64,000 nt of DNA, taken from contig JBAXJI010000001.1 in assembly GCA_037137935.1 (NCBI GenBank), positions 1,771-65,770 of the forward strand, written 5' to 3'. Below, in pieces: positions 46,857-57,024 of this stretch. Source of the DNA: Candidatus Saccharimonadota bacterium (lineage in GTDB: Bacteria > Patescibacteriota > Saccharimonadia > Saccharimonadales > AQU-01). The notes beneath the pieces are model-generated. The model ran no database searches. It was given only the letters and a program-made list of their open reading frames with translations, and was not told the DNA's origin. Each line of letters begins with the position of its first letter. The first letter of the stretch is position 1. A program made the translations under genes and the position numbers.

Positions 46857-47342
46857 TTAATACACAGAGTAGTTCAGGACTACCTCCCCTTTGCCGTTTC
46901 CTCCGGCTTGCCACCATCTAACACGAATTACAAAATCCTTGCTACCTCCGCTTGATCTATTAATAAGCGTGTAGTAAGTAGTATTACTGTTAGTGATGCA
47001 TTTTAGTGGGTAATTCGTTAGAGTGTCGCTATTAAAAGAAGTAGGAGGAAGTGGGTTGACAAAATTAACCACCTCAACAGTGGGCGGATCGGCTATGCTA
47101 TCAACTTTTAAGCAAAAATTAGTAGCAGATGTTGCTGTGAATCCTATGATGGACGAAAAAGCTCTTAGCTCGTCGGCCTGCGACTCTGCCACCTTAAGTG
47201 CCCCCGCTCTCTCCTGTGACCTATAAACACTCGTTAGATTACTTACGACCGTCCTATATGCCATTGTTAAGATCATACTGGTAATTGTCAGCGAAAACAT
47301 GACCTCTATAAGCGTATCTCCGTAATTATCAAGCTTTTTCAT
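46857..47342 (-). CDS. Minor pilin, PilV-like
   Basis: GDTLIEVMF motif; C-terminal VRW. Confidence 0.8.
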   Translation of the reverse strand: MKKLDNYGDTLIEVMFSLTITSMILTMAYRTVVSNLTSVYRSQERAGALKVAESQADELRAFSSIIGFTATSATNFCLKVDSIADPPTVEVVNFVNPLPPTSFNSDTLTNYPLKCITNSNTTYYTLINRSSGGSKDFVIRVRWWQAGGNGKGEVVLNYSVY

Positions 47343-48214
47343 AGACAGGCCCCATCTGCAAACTGAACCGTAACACTTGACTGACGACCATTGCCACCGA
47401 TAGTAACATATGCGTGTCTATCTGGTCCTGTTTCTGAATTTTCTAAACAAATCTTAATTCCACTGCTTGGATTTTTAGTCGAATCTCTGCCTGAAGAAGC
47501 GTCCAACGTCTTGCGCCACTCGCCATAAGGAAAAAGACTCGTAGTACCAGTCCCAAAAGGGTCCCATATAATTGGCTCCGCAGGGATTATGTCGGTTTGA
47601 GCATCGCCAGACACTAAACTAGCGCCTGAAGAATTAGCGAAGGTCGTGGTAAACCCCAGACCATTAAGTGGTGTATACGCCCCGCTCAAATTAATATAAG
47701 AAACACTGTGCACAACAACACCATAGGACAGTCTTTCAGATATACTACCAAGATTATTGACATCAATGATTGGCCAAGTTTGAGCCTCGTAAAGGCTTTT
47801 TGCAGGTCTTTTAACTCCACTAATGTCAGTATCTTTCTTTCCGACCAATGCAAAAACATCATAACGGGGACTCCCTTCAGTGAACTGCATTCCTATGCCA
47901 ACAAATAGACACCCCTCGCTAGTGCCGCGTCTGTCTGAAGCTGTTGGCGGAGCGTAATCAATAATCACAGCGTTCGCAGCAGTGCCGTCATGGGTACAAA
48001 CGTAGTTCGTGCTAGTTGGATTATTTCCGGTAGCAACGTCATTAGCTATATCCATAAGTCGGGACTGAAAGGCGTTTACAGATTGAACAAACTCCGTTTT
48101 TGATTGCTGTCCATTAATAATGGTTGCGAGCATTCCGAACAAACCCATTGAAATAGATAGCGTAAGCATTACTTCAATTAAGGTAAACGCTCGTGAATTT
48201 AACCCTGTTCTCAT
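47339..48214 (-). CDS. Minor pilin, FimT/U-like
   Basis: RAFTLIEVMLT motif. Confidence 0.8.
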   Translation of the reverse strand: MRTGLNSRAFTLIEVMLTLSISMGLFGMLATIINGQQSKTEFVQSVNAFQSRLMDIANDVATGNNPTSTNYVCTHDGTAANAVIIDYAPPTASDRRGTSEGCLFVGIGMQFTEGSPRYDVFALVGKKDTDISGVKRPAKSLYEAQTWPIIDVNNLGSISERLSYGVVVHSVSYINLSGAYTPLNGLGFTTTFANSSGASLVSGDAQTDIIPAEPIIWDPFGTGTTSLFPYGEWRKTLDASSGRDSTKNPSSGIKICLENSETGPDRHAYVTIGGNGRQSSVTVQFADGACL

Positions 48215-48285
48215 CTATTAAATTATAGCATAACCACGATCACCTAAATCAGTCACGACCTGCTATATTATCTTGCCGATAATAG

Positions 48286-49182
48286 CTAACCTATCATTAG
48301 TAGCTTTTTATACCAGGCAATAATGCTAGAACCGAACAAATATACAATAATCGTAGCAGCAATTAGAAAAGGACCAAACGGTATCTTACTACCCCTATTA
48401 GCCTTCCCTGTGATCAACAAAGGCAACGAGAACAGTGAGCCAAGGCAGGATGCCATAAAAAGAAGTAAAAGTGCTGGCCAAGGACCACCAACAAGCAAGC
48501 CCAGCACAGCACCGAGCTTAACGTCCCCGCCACCTATCAACTCTTTTCCAGGTACATGAAATAACACAAAAAATATGCCTCCACCTATAAGCAAACCATA
48601 TACAGCGCCAAGAATAGCACTGACGCCCCCGTGATAAATTGTACCCATAATAAAAACATGAACCAGTGATAAAAAGAATAAAGGTACAACTATGCGGTTC
48701 GGCAGCAGCAACCATCTAATGTCATAAATTACAAGCGCAACAAAACTAACAACAAAAATTAACCAAATCACAAACAACAAGACGCTACTATAATTCCAAG
48801 CAAGAGGCCAATATATATAAGAAATGACAAATAGTAAGGGAGTGACGATCTCAGTGACGGGCGTATCCTCGTAAGTAGCGTGACAATACCGGCATTTACC
48901 TCGTAGCTGCAACCAACTTAATATGGGTATTAAATCAATAGCTGATAATTGGTGTCTACAATTAGGACACATAGATCGACCACTGACAATGGACATTTCT
49001 TTTGATTTAACACTGGATGGCGAATATTTTAGAGAACTGGTAGATTTGTGTTTCTTGAAACTGCTAGTATAGACAGTATTTTGCTGCTCATGTATACGCC
49101 AAACCAAGGCATTAATAAAGCTGCCGAAACATATCCCAGTAATTAAAAGATAAACCATAATCATGTTAACCCATAATACCAT
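48286..49182 (-). CDS. pilD: Prepilin peptidase (A24)
   Basis: GSFINALVWR, RSMCPNC..IPILSWLQLRGKCRYC, GGGDVKL, IPFGPFL. Confidence 0.94.
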   Translation of the reverse strand: MVLWVNMIMVYLLITGICFGSFINALVWRIHEQQNTVYTSSFKKHKSTSSLKYSPSSVKSKEMSIVSGRSMCPNCRHQLSAIDLIPILSWLQLRGKCRYCHATYEDTPVTEIVTPLLFVISYIYWPLAWNYSSVLLFVIWLIFVVSFVALVIYDIRWLLLPNRIVVPLFFLSLVHVFIMGTIYHGGVSAILGAVYGLLIGGGIFFVLFHVPGKELIGGGDVKLGAVLGLLVGGPWPALLLLFMASCLGSLFSLPLLITGKANRGSKIPFGPFLIAATIIVYLFGSSIIAWYKKLLMIG

Positions 49183-49191
49183 GTAGCCAAT

Positions 49192-49219
49192 AAAAAAACG
49201 GGGCGAAGTGCCCCGTTTT
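49192..49219 (-). terminator. Terminator after the major pilin
   Basis: aaaacggggc-gaagt-gccccgtttt. Confidence 0.8.
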
Positions 49220-49237
49220 AATAATTACAGATTTATA

Positions 49238-49759
49238 CTAGTTTGCCTGTACGCAATATGGTGTAGCCGTACCATTTGTTTCTAGTAGGTACTGGATAGC
49301 TACTTTTGTATTTGAGGCATCGTAAGAAACCGCGCCAGCTGCACCGCATGTGCCATTTTGGAATAATGCTAATGCTGTCAAGTTAGCGTTAGCGGCTCCT
49401 GTTACCATTGCTGCTGCGCCTATAGCTGGTGTCTGTGAAATCGTTAACGTGTTAGCGCCAACTGCAGCACCGTAAGCTAATCCATTGTATTGCGCAAGTG
49501 ACCCAGTGGCGTTAACCAAACTTAGACCACTGGTTGCTGGTGCTGTAGCGATTGCACTCCCTGGATTATTAGCATACCAGTCTATTACTGCTGCCCCTAC
49601 TCTTGCTATATCATTTTTCCTAGCCGTATTACGTTGACTTCTCTGTAAGCCAGGTACAGCCAAGAAAACTATTAACATGATAAGTCCGGCTATCGCTAGC
49701 ACTATCATTGCTTCAATGATAGTGAACCCTTCAGATCGCTTTTTTAAGTTTTTGAACAT
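49238..49759 (-). CDS. pilA: Major type IV pilin
   Basis: EGFTIIEAMIVLAIAGLI; own SD (GGGGGG) and terminator. Confidence 0.85.
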   Translation of the reverse strand: MFKNLKKRSEGFTIIEAMIVLAIAGLIMLIVFLAVPGLQRSQRNTARKNDIARVGAAVIDWYANNPGSAIATAPATSGLSLVNATGSLAQYNGLAYGAAVGANTLTISQTPAIGAAAMVTGAANANLTALALFQNGTCGAAGAVSYDASNTKVAIQYLLETNGTATPYCVQAN

Positions 49760-49911
49760 ATAATACGCCCCCCCTAGAAATTATTAATTATGCTTATGTT
49801 TTTAATGATACGTTTATCTTAAATAAAAAGCAATACTATTTATATACTTTATGGCGAATACCGCTATGTCGTATTCGATCTCTATTAAGCCCTTCTCTTA
49901 TGGGCCATTTA

Positions 49912-51132
49912 CTAAATAACTGTGGACTGGCCTGCTAGGTTATATATAGGTAGAAGTACTGCCGCCACAATAATAAATGCCATAACACCAAGTACCACCA
50001 TTAACAGCGGCTCGATTATTAATGACAGGCTCTTTACCTGTTCGTCAACTTCCTTCTCGTAGTATTCGGCTGTCTTTTCTAACATCTTCTCTATTGCACC
50101 GGACTTCTCTCCAATATTTAACATATTTGATACTAGGGGCAAGAAATTATTGTCACCCTTAATTGCTTCAGATAACGGCTTTCCGCCTCTAACTTTTTCT
50201 ATGGCAGCACTGAGTGATTTTGCTATATGGACATTATTAATGGCCTGAGAGGTGATCTCGAGGACTTTTATTAATGACACCCCGCTAGATACTAATGTGG
50301 TGGCCGTGCGGGCGAATCTAGCCATATACAACTTCATAAACAACGGACCTATCGGCCAAGCCTTCATCTTAATATTGTCAAATAAACTCTTACCGACGAC
50401 GCCTCTTGCCCAGCGCGACACTGCAAATCCGCCAAAACCTACCATAATCAATACTAACCACCAAAATTTCGAAATTATATGGGATATATCCAGTAATATT
50501 ACTGTCACGAAAGGTAACTTTGCGCCTTTCATTCCTGCGTACAACACCTCAACCTGAGGCAAAACCTTTACTATCATAAAAGACATAACCGCAATCATTA
50601 CTACGACCACAATCATCGGATAGATTAATGCACCCCTTACTTTACGAATAATCTCAGCATCCTTCTCTTGTTGGTAAGCCAGCCTCTCTAGCGCTTTGTC
50701 CAAAGTACCCGATGTCTCGCCAGCCTGCACCAAACTCACATATACCTGATTAAATACCATCGGATGCCTGCCCAAAGAGTCTGACAAGGTAGAGCCAGCC
50801 TCTATATCGGCTATGATTACGCTGCCGATGTTTTTGAGAGGCTTACTGGCTGACTGCTCAATTACTGTGATTAACGCCTGAATAAGCGGCAGCCCGGCGT
50901 TAATAAGCGTAGAGAGCTGTCGTGAGAACAAAACCTTGTCTTTTCCTGAAACCTTCTTCTTAAACCTGCCAACACTAAGGCCACCTTCAGTCTTTAAAAC
51001 TTTTATGTCTATAGGAGAAAATCCTGCCTTAAAAATAAGATTAGCAGCAGTTTGCTCGTCATCTGCCTGGACTTCTGACTTTACCTTTTGGCCTGTAGCT
51101 GGGTCGTGAGCAGTGTATTTATAGGTCAGCAT
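49912..51132 (-). CDS. pilC: Type IV pilus platform protein (T2SS F family)
   Basis: FSRQLSTLINAGLP, AGETSGTLD, ALIYP, GEKSG, IIEP. Confidence 0.93.
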   Translation of the reverse strand: MLTYKYTAHDPATGQKVKSEVQADDEQTAANLIFKAGFSPIDIKVLKTEGGLSVGRFKKKVSGKDKVLFSRQLSTLINAGLPLIQALITVIEQSASKPLKNIGSVIIADIEAGSTLSDSLGRHPMVFNQVYVSLVQAGETSGTLDKALERLAYQQEKDAEIIRKVRGALIYPMIVVVVMIAVMSFMIVKVLPQVEVLYAGMKGAKLPFVTVILLDISHIISKFWWLVLIMVGFGGFAVSRWARGVVGKSLFDNIKMKAWPIGPLFMKLYMARFARTATTLVSSGVSLIKVLEITSQAINNVHIAKSLSAAIEKVRGGKPLSEAIKGDNNFLPLVSNMLNIGEKSGAIEKMLEKTAEYYEKEVDEQVKSLSLIIEPLLMVVLGVMAFIIVAAVLLPIYNLAGQSTVI

Positions 51133-51227
51133 ACGAGCTCCGCCACACTGTCGTCACTAACAGATTCATGAAGTGATATGATTACTAAATCTATATTTAT
51201 CATACGGTCAATTACCTCTGTTATAAA

Positions 51228-52295
51228 CTAAGCCCTCATTAAACGATCGAGCTCCTCGACATCAACCGCGTAGGTGCGGGCATCGTCATAACTAATCGCG
51301 CCGCTATGTATTAGGCCAATCAAGGTCTTGTCCATAGATTGCATACCAAACTCAGCCCCGGTCTGAATTACAGCTTCCAGTTGATGGCTCTTACCCTCTC
51401 GGATAATATTACGAACTGCTGGCGTGACAACTAGTATTTCGGCCGCCACCGTACGACCACCACCAATAGTTGGGATTAGTCGCTGAGAACAGATTGCCAT
51501 TAAAATGTTAGACAACTGTGACCTAATTTGCGGTTGTTGATGCGGCGGGAAAACATCGACCATGCGGTCAATACTTTGTGAAGCTGAGTTTGTGTGCAGA
51601 GTCGTCAAGACAAGATGGCCAGTTTCGGCAATGGTGATCGCTGAGGAAATAGTCTCAAGGTCTCTCATTTCTCCAATAAGCACAACATCTGGATCTTCAC
51701 GTAGTGCTGAGCGAAGAGCTGCCGAGAAGGAGTAAGTGTCATAGTGAACTTCTCGTTGAACAATTACAGAACGCTTCGACTTATGCGTGAACTCAATCGG
51801 GTCTTCGATAGTCAAAATATGAGCCGGTCGCTCTTCGTTAATCTTATTAATAATCGCAGCTTGCGTGGTGGACTTACCAGATCCAGTTGGGCCAGTAACT
51901 AGCACTAACCCTCTTGGATAATTTGCAAAAGTACTGACAATTGCTGGCAGACCCAGTTCTTCTATTGTTTTGATCTGATTCGGAATCAAACGAAGTGCTG
52001 CAGCCAAGTTGCCTCGCTCGTGAAAAGCATTAACGCGGAATCTACCTAGATCACCAAATGCAAAACTAAAATCAAACTCTTTATCCTTGAGCAGAATCTG
52101 TTTCTGGTCTTCGTCTAATATAGAAAAAATCAGCAACTCAACTGTTTCCTCGGTCAGAGGAGCAACACTCGGCACAGGCACAATAGAGCCATCGATGCGT
52201 AACATTGGAGCGACTCCAACCTGTAAATGTAGATCAGAAGCCTTCTTTTTGATGACTTCTTCTAGCAACTCTTCAATTTTTACATGTCCTTGCAT
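51228..52295 (-). CDS. pilT: Pilus retraction ATPase
   Basis: GPTGSGKSTT, IEDPIEF, LREDPDV, AETGHL, AVRNIIRE, GMQSMD. Confidence 0.96.
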   Translation of the reverse strand: MQGHVKIEELLEEVIKKKASDLHLQVGVAPMLRIDGSIVPVPSVAPLTEETVELLIFSILDEDQKQILLKDKEFDFSFAFGDLGRFRVNAFHERGNLAAALRLIPNQIKTIEELGLPAIVSTFANYPRGLVLVTGPTGSGKSTTQAAIINKINEERPAHILTIEDPIEFTHKSKRSVIVQREVHYDTYSFSAALRSALREDPDVVLIGEMRDLETISSAITIAETGHLVLTTLHTNSASQSIDRMVDVFPPHQQPQIRSQLSNILMAICSQRLIPTIGGGRTVAAEILVVTPAVRNIIREGKSHQLEAVIQTGAEFGMQSMDKTLIGLIHSGAISYDDARTYAVDVEELDRLMRA

Positions 52296-52443
52296 TATAG
52301 TTGCCCCCTAAACCCTTTAATCAGCAATGAGTAGTATGCAGGAACTAACTTCGCGCTTAATAAGCTTGTAGGCCTTTTATGTATCGCTCTGCTTATTTCT
52401 GACATTTCCCCACCCTTCTATTAACTACTAAATAATTTCTCAT

Positions 52444-54240
52444 TTAATTAAACTCTGACCCTGCTACTCGATTGACTTCTGCCAACGTCGTATAGCCTGC
52501 TAGAGCCTTCAAGACACCGTCTTGACGCATAGTTACCATTCCCTGCTCGGCTTCTGCGGCTTTCTGAATTTCTGTACTGGTCGACCTTTTTAAGATCAAA
52601 TCCTGAATGCTTTCGGTTACTTCGAAAACTTCGTACAGACCCATTCGCCCCTTATAGCCACCAGGCGTCTCTGGACTATCCTTGCCCTTATATAAAGTAT
52701 AAGCGCTATCACCCTTAAGTGGCAAGTTTTCGTAGCCAAGATCGGCCGCAACTTCAGCTTTGACCGATTCATTTTCCGGCAACAAGTCGCCAATTGCCGT
52801 TTTTACAGCCTCTGATTCTAGTTTATCTGACAAGTAAGGATCTTTGCTGTCACTAATTCGACGCACCAGTCTTTGACCAATAATAGTGCGTACTGTACTT
52901 GCTATCAAAAACGGCTCTATGCCCATATCTAGTAGACGAGGCAAAATGCCGGCGGCTGAATTGGTGTGCAGTGTGGAGAAAACAAGGTGACCTGTTAGTG
53001 CGGCCTGAACAGCCAAAGTAGCAGTCTCTTTGTCACGGATTTCACCCACCATTATTACATTAGGATCTTGGCGCAGAATTGAGCGTAAACCTGAGGAAAA
53101 AGTTAATCCAACCTCACTGTTAACTTGAATTTGATTTATGCCCTCCATCTTATATTCGACAGGATCTTCTAGGGTAACTATGTTTATGGCGTCATTTTTT
53201 ATCTCCTGAATTAGGGCATATAACGAAGTCGACTTGCCCGATCCGGTTGGACCACTAGTCAGAATCATACCGCTAGTTTGCTTTAGCCCTTCCCTAATAG
53301 TTCTGAGCGCTCTGCCATGATAACCCATATCTTCAAGGTGGAGATCAGTACCAGTCTTGTCCAGCAAACGAATAACTACCTGCTCTCCCCAAACTACAGG
53401 CGAAATGGCGATACGTAAATCAATATCTTTGCCGCCGGTCTTGATGCTAAACTGTCCATCTTGAGGTATTCGATGCTCATCGATTTTTAAATTAGATAAA
53501 ATCTTGATTCTGGATACGAGGGGCGGCTCAGTTGACTTGGGCAATTTCATAATCTCTCTTAATACTCCATCAATCCTAGCCCGAATTTTTAATTCCTTTT
53601 CGAGCGGTTCGATGTGTATATCGCTGGCTCGATTTTTTGCGGCAAACTCAAGAATCGCAGACAAAGCCTTACTAATTGGCGAATCCTGAACAATAGTTTT
53701 TATATTTTTAGTTTTTAATTGCGAGTTATCTACTGCTTCTTCGTTTTCCACCTGCTTAACTGGACCATCTAATGCGCCCATGACGTCGTTGTTTAGGTCC
53801 TTTTTATACTGCTGCAAAACATTACGGACACCTTCTTCACTGGCCGCATAGACCTTAAGCGGTCTACCTATCTTATTCGACAAAAAATCAACAGCCTGCA
53901 CATTGTCTGCATCTAGCATGGCAACCACTAGTCTGTTCTGCATCTCACCTAAAGGTACGGACATGTAACGCTCAGCTATGTCCTCTGGCAAAAGCGCCAA
54001 GATAGACGGATTAATTTTGGCCTTTGTCAGATTCACATAAGGCATGTTAGTAACCTCTGCTATAGTCTTTGTAAGCGCCTCGTTAGTAACCTTTCCGTCG
54101 ACGGTCATGACACTAAAAACTGGCGTTTTGATTTGTTGTGCGCGCAATTTAAGTTCTGATAGCTGATTATCGGTAATTAAACCATTAGCAACTAGCTTAT
54201 CTTCGACCTGTTTCTGGACGGATGCAGATAAAACACTCAC
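52444..54240 (-). CDS. pilB: Pilus assembly ATPase (GspE/PilB)
   Basis: ASDIHIEP, PQDG, GPTGSGKST, LRQDPNVIMVGEIRD, GYKGRMGLYE. Confidence 0.95.
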   Translation of the reverse strand: MSVLSASVQKQVEDKLVANGLITDNQLSELKLRAQQIKTPVFSVMTVDGKVTNEALTKTIAEVTNMPYVNLTKAKINPSILALLPEDIAERYMSVPLGEMQNRLVVAMLDADNVQAVDFLSNKIGRPLKVYAASEEGVRNVLQQYKKDLNNDVMGALDGPVKQVENEEAVDNSQLKTKNIKTIVQDSPISKALSAILEFAAKNRASDIHIEPLEKELKIRARIDGVLREIMKLPKSTEPPLVSRIKILSNLKIDEHRIPQDGQFSIKTGGKDIDLRIAISPVVWGEQVVIRLLDKTGTDLHLEDMGYHGRALRTIREGLKQTSGMILTSGPTGSGKSTSLYALIQEIKNDAINIVTLEDPVEYKMEGINQIQVNSEVGLTFSSGLRSILRQDPNVIMVGEIRDKETATLAVQAALTGHLVFSTLHTNSAAGILPRLLDMGIEPFLIASTVRTIIGQRLVRRISDSKDPYLSDKLESEAVKTAIGDLLPENESVKAEVAADLGYENLPLKGDSAYTLYKGKDSPETPGGYKGRMGLYEVFEVTESIQDLILKRSTSTEIQKAAEAEQGMVTMRQDGVLKALAGYTTLAEVNRVAGSEFN

Positions 54241-54311
54241 GAGATACCACCCAATAATTGGCCAGCTGCAGTTTGGTTAGGCTGAACAGTCAATAACATT
54301 AAACCTACTCC

Positions 54312-54560
54312 TTAGTTAGTGCCGCCGAAAGGCTGAGGATTAGTGTTGTCACCGATTCTAATAATCTTGGTCGGATTGATTGAATCAGCATTAAAATACC
54401 TGCTATCAGGTCGTTTAAACTCAGGGCTTATTAATTCAACAACCTCCACCTTCTCCTGCCTATTCTTGGGTGCTGTAATGAAAAGATTAGATAATACCAA
54501 AGACAAAATTCCTGATATCGTCGCTATAACTACAATAATTAATATATCTTTTCGCTTCAT
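54312..54560 (-). CDS. Small pilus-locus protein at the PilP position
   Basis: N-terminal TM, C-terminal PQPF; overlaps the pilO stop. Confidence 0.65.
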   Translation of the reverse strand: MKRKDILIIVVIATISGILSLVLSNLFITAPKNRQEKVEVVELISPEFKRPDSRYFNADSINPTKIIRIGDNTNPQPFGGTN

Positions 54561-55228
54561 TTTATAACCTCAGTTTTTGCTGATCTTACAATTCCTGGCT
54601 GGTAATAAGTTTTTGCCGTCACACTCATAGTCATCTGATCATCGCTGCCACCAAGCTGCAAAGCAGTTATTTTTATTGGACGAATAGACCGCTGAAGAGT
54701 GTCTAGCGCTGCCAGGATTGATTTATGATTACCGCTAAAACTCATACTAAAATTCATATCAACTGGAGCAACCTTAGGAGATGTCTTAACTCCCAATTGA
54801 CCAATTTCATCATCTGTTCCACCGCCGAACGACTCAAGTTTAAATAGAGGCGAGGAATAATATACCTTCTCTATACTGGAGGCAAAAGCAGGAAAATCAT
54901 ACTTACTTGGCAGTGCGTCGAGCACAATCTTGGCATTGTCCCCGTCATTACTGCCCACACCAACTGCTTTTCCTCCAATGACATTCACATCATCATTTTG
55001 AAAAGAAGTGTATGCGGTCTTTAGTTTAGCAACAGCATCTACATTCTTTTTGATTTGAACTAAAGCTTTGGATTTTTTATCAATTACTCTTCCTTGGTAA
55101 GACTGCTGATTAAGTAGAGCTCTTGACGCTATTAGCGAGAATGACGCTATAGCAACGGCTCCAGAAATTATAATAATTACTTGGGTATTAGCTTTTATTA
55201 CCAGTAGTCTTTTTGTGGAAAATTTCAT
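54557..55228 (-). CDS. pilO: PilO-like protein
   Basis: TM plus coiled coil, ALP, LQRSIRPIKI; synteny after pilN. Confidence 0.7.
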   Translation of the reverse strand: MKFSTKRLLVIKANTQVIIIISGAVAIASFSLIASRALLNQQSYQGRVIDKKSKALVQIKKNVDAVAKLKTAYTSFQNDDVNVIGGKAVGVGSNDGDNAKIVLDALPSKYDFPAFASSIEKVYYSSPLFKLESFGGGTDDEIGQLGVKTSPKVAPVDMNFSMSFSGNHKSILAALDTLQRSIRPIKITALQLGGSDDQMTMSVTAKTYYQPGIVRSAKTEVIK

Positions 55229-55908
55229 GGCGATACCTTTACGTTGTCTTGTTGCTGAAACAAAGCATCTGGCTTCTCTGTTTCACTTCTAGTACTTATT
55301 ACTTTTGGCACCGTTAGGCTCAATTTAGTATTTGCATCAAATATTAAGGGGTCAAAAATTGTAGATACACTGTAGGTGCTGTTTTTAGTTGTTTTAGCGA
55401 AGCTGCTCAATACAGTAGACGAAAATACTTTCTTGCTAGTAGTCTGGCCGTCAATAGTATAGGTGGTGAACTTTATAGTATCGACAAATTTATTGACCGT
55501 ACTAAGAGCGTCTGCAGTACCGCCAACAGTTAAAGCTCCGCTCGCGAAATCAATAGATAAAGTACTCAAACTAACATTTGCTGGGGTTATTAAATTCATA
55601 TAACCGAATAATCTGCTGGCTACTGGTTTTCCATCATGTAGAGCTGTTAGGCTATTAAGCTGGTTCTGTATGGTCAGAATCTTGTCTAGGTCTTTAGTCC
55701 CTTTTATCTTATTTTCGTTTGATGCTATATTTTTTGAAATATCAGACAGGTGCTTCTTTTGAGCAACATTAACAAAAATAAATAATAGTATTACCGCCGC
55801 CAAAGATACAGTAGTAACGCTTGCTGCTCCAACCATAACTAGTCGTTTTAATTTGCGCGCCTTAATAAAAGCTAGTTTTACGTCTGGTAGTAGGTTGAAT
55901 TGGATCAT
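55225..55908 (-). CDS. pilN: PilN-like protein
   Basis: N-terminal FNLLP motif followed by TM. Confidence 0.8.
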   Translation of the reverse strand: MIQFNLLPDVKLAFIKARKLKRLVMVGAASVTTVSLAAVILLFIFVNVAQKKHLSDISKNIASNENKIKGTKDLDKILTIQNQLNSLTALHDGKPVASRLFGYMNLITPANVSLSTLSIDFASGALTVGGTADALSTVNKFVDTIKFTTYTIDGQTTSKKVFSSTVLSSFAKTTKNSTYSVSTIFDPLIFDANTKLSLTVPKVISTRSETEKPDALFQQQDNVKVSP

Positions 55909-56948
55909 TCTACTCGCTCCGCAAGCCCAGCAGCAACACCAAAGTGGTTAGATACTGCCAAAAGTTCGTTTTGTCTGTTTATCGGAAAGGCTACATTGCG
56001 CCACGAGTTGCCAATTTCCGCACTAATGCCAAACTTATTGGCAATATATAGCGGAAACTCTGGCAAAACTGATGCAGCTCCAGTAACAATAATTCTTTCG
56101 AGCTTAGCAGATTCTCCATATCGACTCACAAAGAACTTTATAGACTTTTCAATTTCTGTAACTAAAATATCTACAGTGCCTATTAATGCGTTATAGACCT
56201 GCCCTTCAAGCTTATCCCTATTTAGGCCAAATTTGAATACGAACTGTTGTGCTTGCTTGTCGTCAATGTTGAGGTTCTGTGCGGCAGTATGCACCATCGC
56301 CTCTGCTCCAGTAGGTATAGACCTCGTCAATCTTGGACCACCTTGCACACTAATAACGATGTCGGTTGTTTTGTTGCCGATATCAATAACCATCTGAGGA
56401 GCAGTAGCACCAGCCGGTATCAATGCTCTTGCTAGCGCCAGATTGTCTGGCTCAAATGCTATAACATTTAATCCGCTAGCCTCTAGCAGATCTAGTCTTT
56501 GTTCTATGAAATCATTTGGCACGCTAGACAATAATATCTCCACCTTGCCCTTTTCTTTGGGGGAATCGCCCATTAGTGCCCAGTCTAGTTTTGATTGCGC
56601 CAATGGTGTAGGTATTAATGAGTCAGCTTGGTACTTTATAGATTTAGCAAGATCTTTGGTGGAAAGTTTGTCTACATCAACTACGGTAGTAAATACGCGC
56701 TGAGAAGGAATACCGACGGCTACATTCTTGGTAGTAACCCTTGCCTGCCCTAGTAATTCATGAACGGCTTGTATTACCTTTAGCTGATCTGGCTTGGAGT
56801 CACTCATCGCCAGCCGACTATCGAGAGGTATATAACCATATTTAGCCAAATGCTTGACGGGTCCATTGCCTTTTAATTGAACCAGACGAATAGCAGTCGT
56901 ACCGATGTCAAGACCAAAGAATTCTGATACTCCACTCAAGATGCTCAT
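55905..56948 (-). CDS. pilM: Type IV pilus assembly protein PilM
   Basis: GLDIGTTAIR, IDIGNKTTD actin-like fold, AAGLA. Confidence 0.92.
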   Translation of the reverse strand: MSILSGVSEFFGLDIGTTAIRLVQLKGNGPVKHLAKYGYIPLDSRLAMSDSKPDQLKVIQAVHELLGQARVTTKNVAVGIPSQRVFTTVVDVDKLSTKDLAKSIKYQADSLIPTPLAQSKLDWALMGDSPKEKGKVEILLSSVPNDFIEQRLDLLEASGLNVIAFEPDNLALARALIPAGATAPQMVIDIGNKTTDIVISVQGGPRLTRSIPTGAEAMVHTAAQNLNIDDKQAQQFVFKFGLNRDKLEGQVYNALIGTVDILVTEIEKSIKFFVSRYGESAKLERIIVTGAASVLPEFPLYIANKFGISAEIGNSWRNVAFPINRQNELLAVSNHFGVAAGLAERVE

Positions 56949-57024
56949 ATTACCTCGATTATACCATAAGCACTATCTATAAATGCAATACAGTTAGCTG
57001 TGGCGAGTTTGCAATAAACGCTGA